IMG/VR virus record: IMGVR_UViG_3300002446_000068 | Span: 1-64,000 of that record | DNA from: a virus | Taxonomy: Duplodnaviria; Caudoviricetes | DNA: 64,000 bases | Direction: 5' to 3' (one strand) | In this document: one piece after another, positions 63,201 through 64,000 of the stretch | Position numbering within the stretch: the first letter of the stretch is position 1 | How the letters are laid out: every line of letters begins with the position of its first letter | The notes under the pieces: generated by a model | Database searches by the model: none | What the model was told of the DNA's origin: nothing | What the model saw: only the letters and a program-made list of their open reading frames with translations | Made by a program: the position numbers and the translations under genes

Positions 63201-63492
63201 TAGGCGCAGCTTCACATTCAGGAGGTTTTTTTGTCGTTCTTTATTGGGGGTTGTTTTTTCTTTACCCCACTTCTTTCTCTCTTTCGGTCTTTCTTTTCTC
63301 GGTGGTCTTTTGTGCTTCGCATACGGTAGCCTTAGTGCTAACGCACTAATCCTACCGTAATCGCAAAAACTTGTCAAATTTAGAGCCTATCGAATTCACA
63401 CGAATTCACACAGTTTCAAAGGAATTTTAGGGATGTATAAAAATTGATACACTTTTCGTGAATTTATACAACTTTTATACATCGCCCGTAGT

Positions 63493-63999
63493 CTAAAAAT
63501 CATCTCGGCCCAAGTACCACCGGAGCGACTCGGTATCATATACCCGGTGAATGTCGTGGCGCTTGGCGGATAGTACGAATGTGGGCCATATAAATACCCC
63601 GCGACTCCAGCCCCGTAGCGTGAACGGGTCAGGACCGGATTTAGCTGTGCCCGTTTGCACCAGGTGGGCGATACGGTTCTCTTGCAGACCGGCGTCGTAT
63701 GCCTCACCGTGGTGTACCCGCTCCTGGTACGCGAATGTGTGCCCATGTCCTTGGATAACAAAGTCCGCCTGCGGGACTTGAAATGTTAGCTCGCGTGATT
63801 GGGAGTGGGACGGATTCAAATAGCTATGGCCCGGAAAGCTGTGTGCCACCGCCAGCACGTACCTTTGGTCCCCGACGTGCAGCTTCACCACGCCGCGACC
63901 GGCAAAGTACGGAACCTTATCGGCGTATATGACGGCCTGCTGGTCCTCACCCGTTAGCTTTTCCATAAAGGCAGGATGATTGCCCCAACAAGAGTACAG
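63493..63999 (-). CDS. Calcineurin-like metallophosphoesterase (5' end beyond window)
   Basis: Frame open to window edge with CWGNH motif (hand translated), then AVAH and QGHGH motifs. Confidence 0.75.
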   Translation of the reverse strand: MYSCWGNHPAFMEKLTGEDQQAVIYADKVPYFAGRGVVKLHVGDQRYVLAVAHSFPGHSYLNPSHSQSRELTFQVPQADFVIQGHGHTFAYQERVHHGEAYDAGLQENRIAHLVQTGTAKSGPDPFTLRGWSRGVFIWPTFVLSAKRHDIHRVYDTESLRWYLGRDDF

Positions 64000-64000
64000 C

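Noticed and set aside
63174-63377. Lys/Arg-rich 67-aa ORF
   Set aside because: Arises from a low-complexity purine tract; no RBS; overlaps a promoter and hairpin
1-64000. Calling this an integrated prophage, or a myovirus
   Set aside because: No integrase, att site or host flank seen, so lifestyle is undetermined; no tail sheath gene, and the long tape measure plus chaperone frameshift fit a siphovirus

Overview
The window is most of a long-tailed (siphovirus-like, no sheath gene seen) dsDNA phage or prophage genome. No integrase or genome end is visible, and both window edges cut genes. Layout: (1) 1-5249, minus-strand accessory genes (ASCH-like, PAPS-reductase family, amidase, DUF2958, solo TSCPD, LexA-like HTH, RNase H-like exonuclease). 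(2) 5363-49607, plus-strand late arm: RusA, terminase with a 428-aa LAGLIDADG intein, an antisense 3-gene cassette and a portal-like protein. This is followed by an ~11.6 kb glycosylation island (7 glycosyltransferase genes, DegT aminotransferase, SDR, acyltransferase, multi-TM protein) interrupted by a solo IS200/IS605 tnpB element. Then come lectin/decoration genes, protease, capsid, neck, tail (with a -1 frameshift chaperone), tape measure, fibres and two clan GH-A hydrolases. (3) 49604-64000, minus-strand early/replication arm (Rad52-like SSAP, DnaB, sigma factor, Ro60). The standout is a self-contained minus-strand operon (promoter 62647-62620, terminator 60435-60408) in which four tandem Y RNA-like genes precede a Ro60/TROVE gene. 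All four carry GGCCGR-N8-GGTTATC. Two are tRNA mimics and two have the animal-like end-paired topology. One is a complete tRNA(UGU) cloverleaf with a 57-nt Y module inserted in its anticodon stem. All RNA structures were folded by eye. Family calls come from motif recognition, not database searches. A Chloroflexota-like host is only a guess from the hydrolase types and the absence of recognisable spanins.
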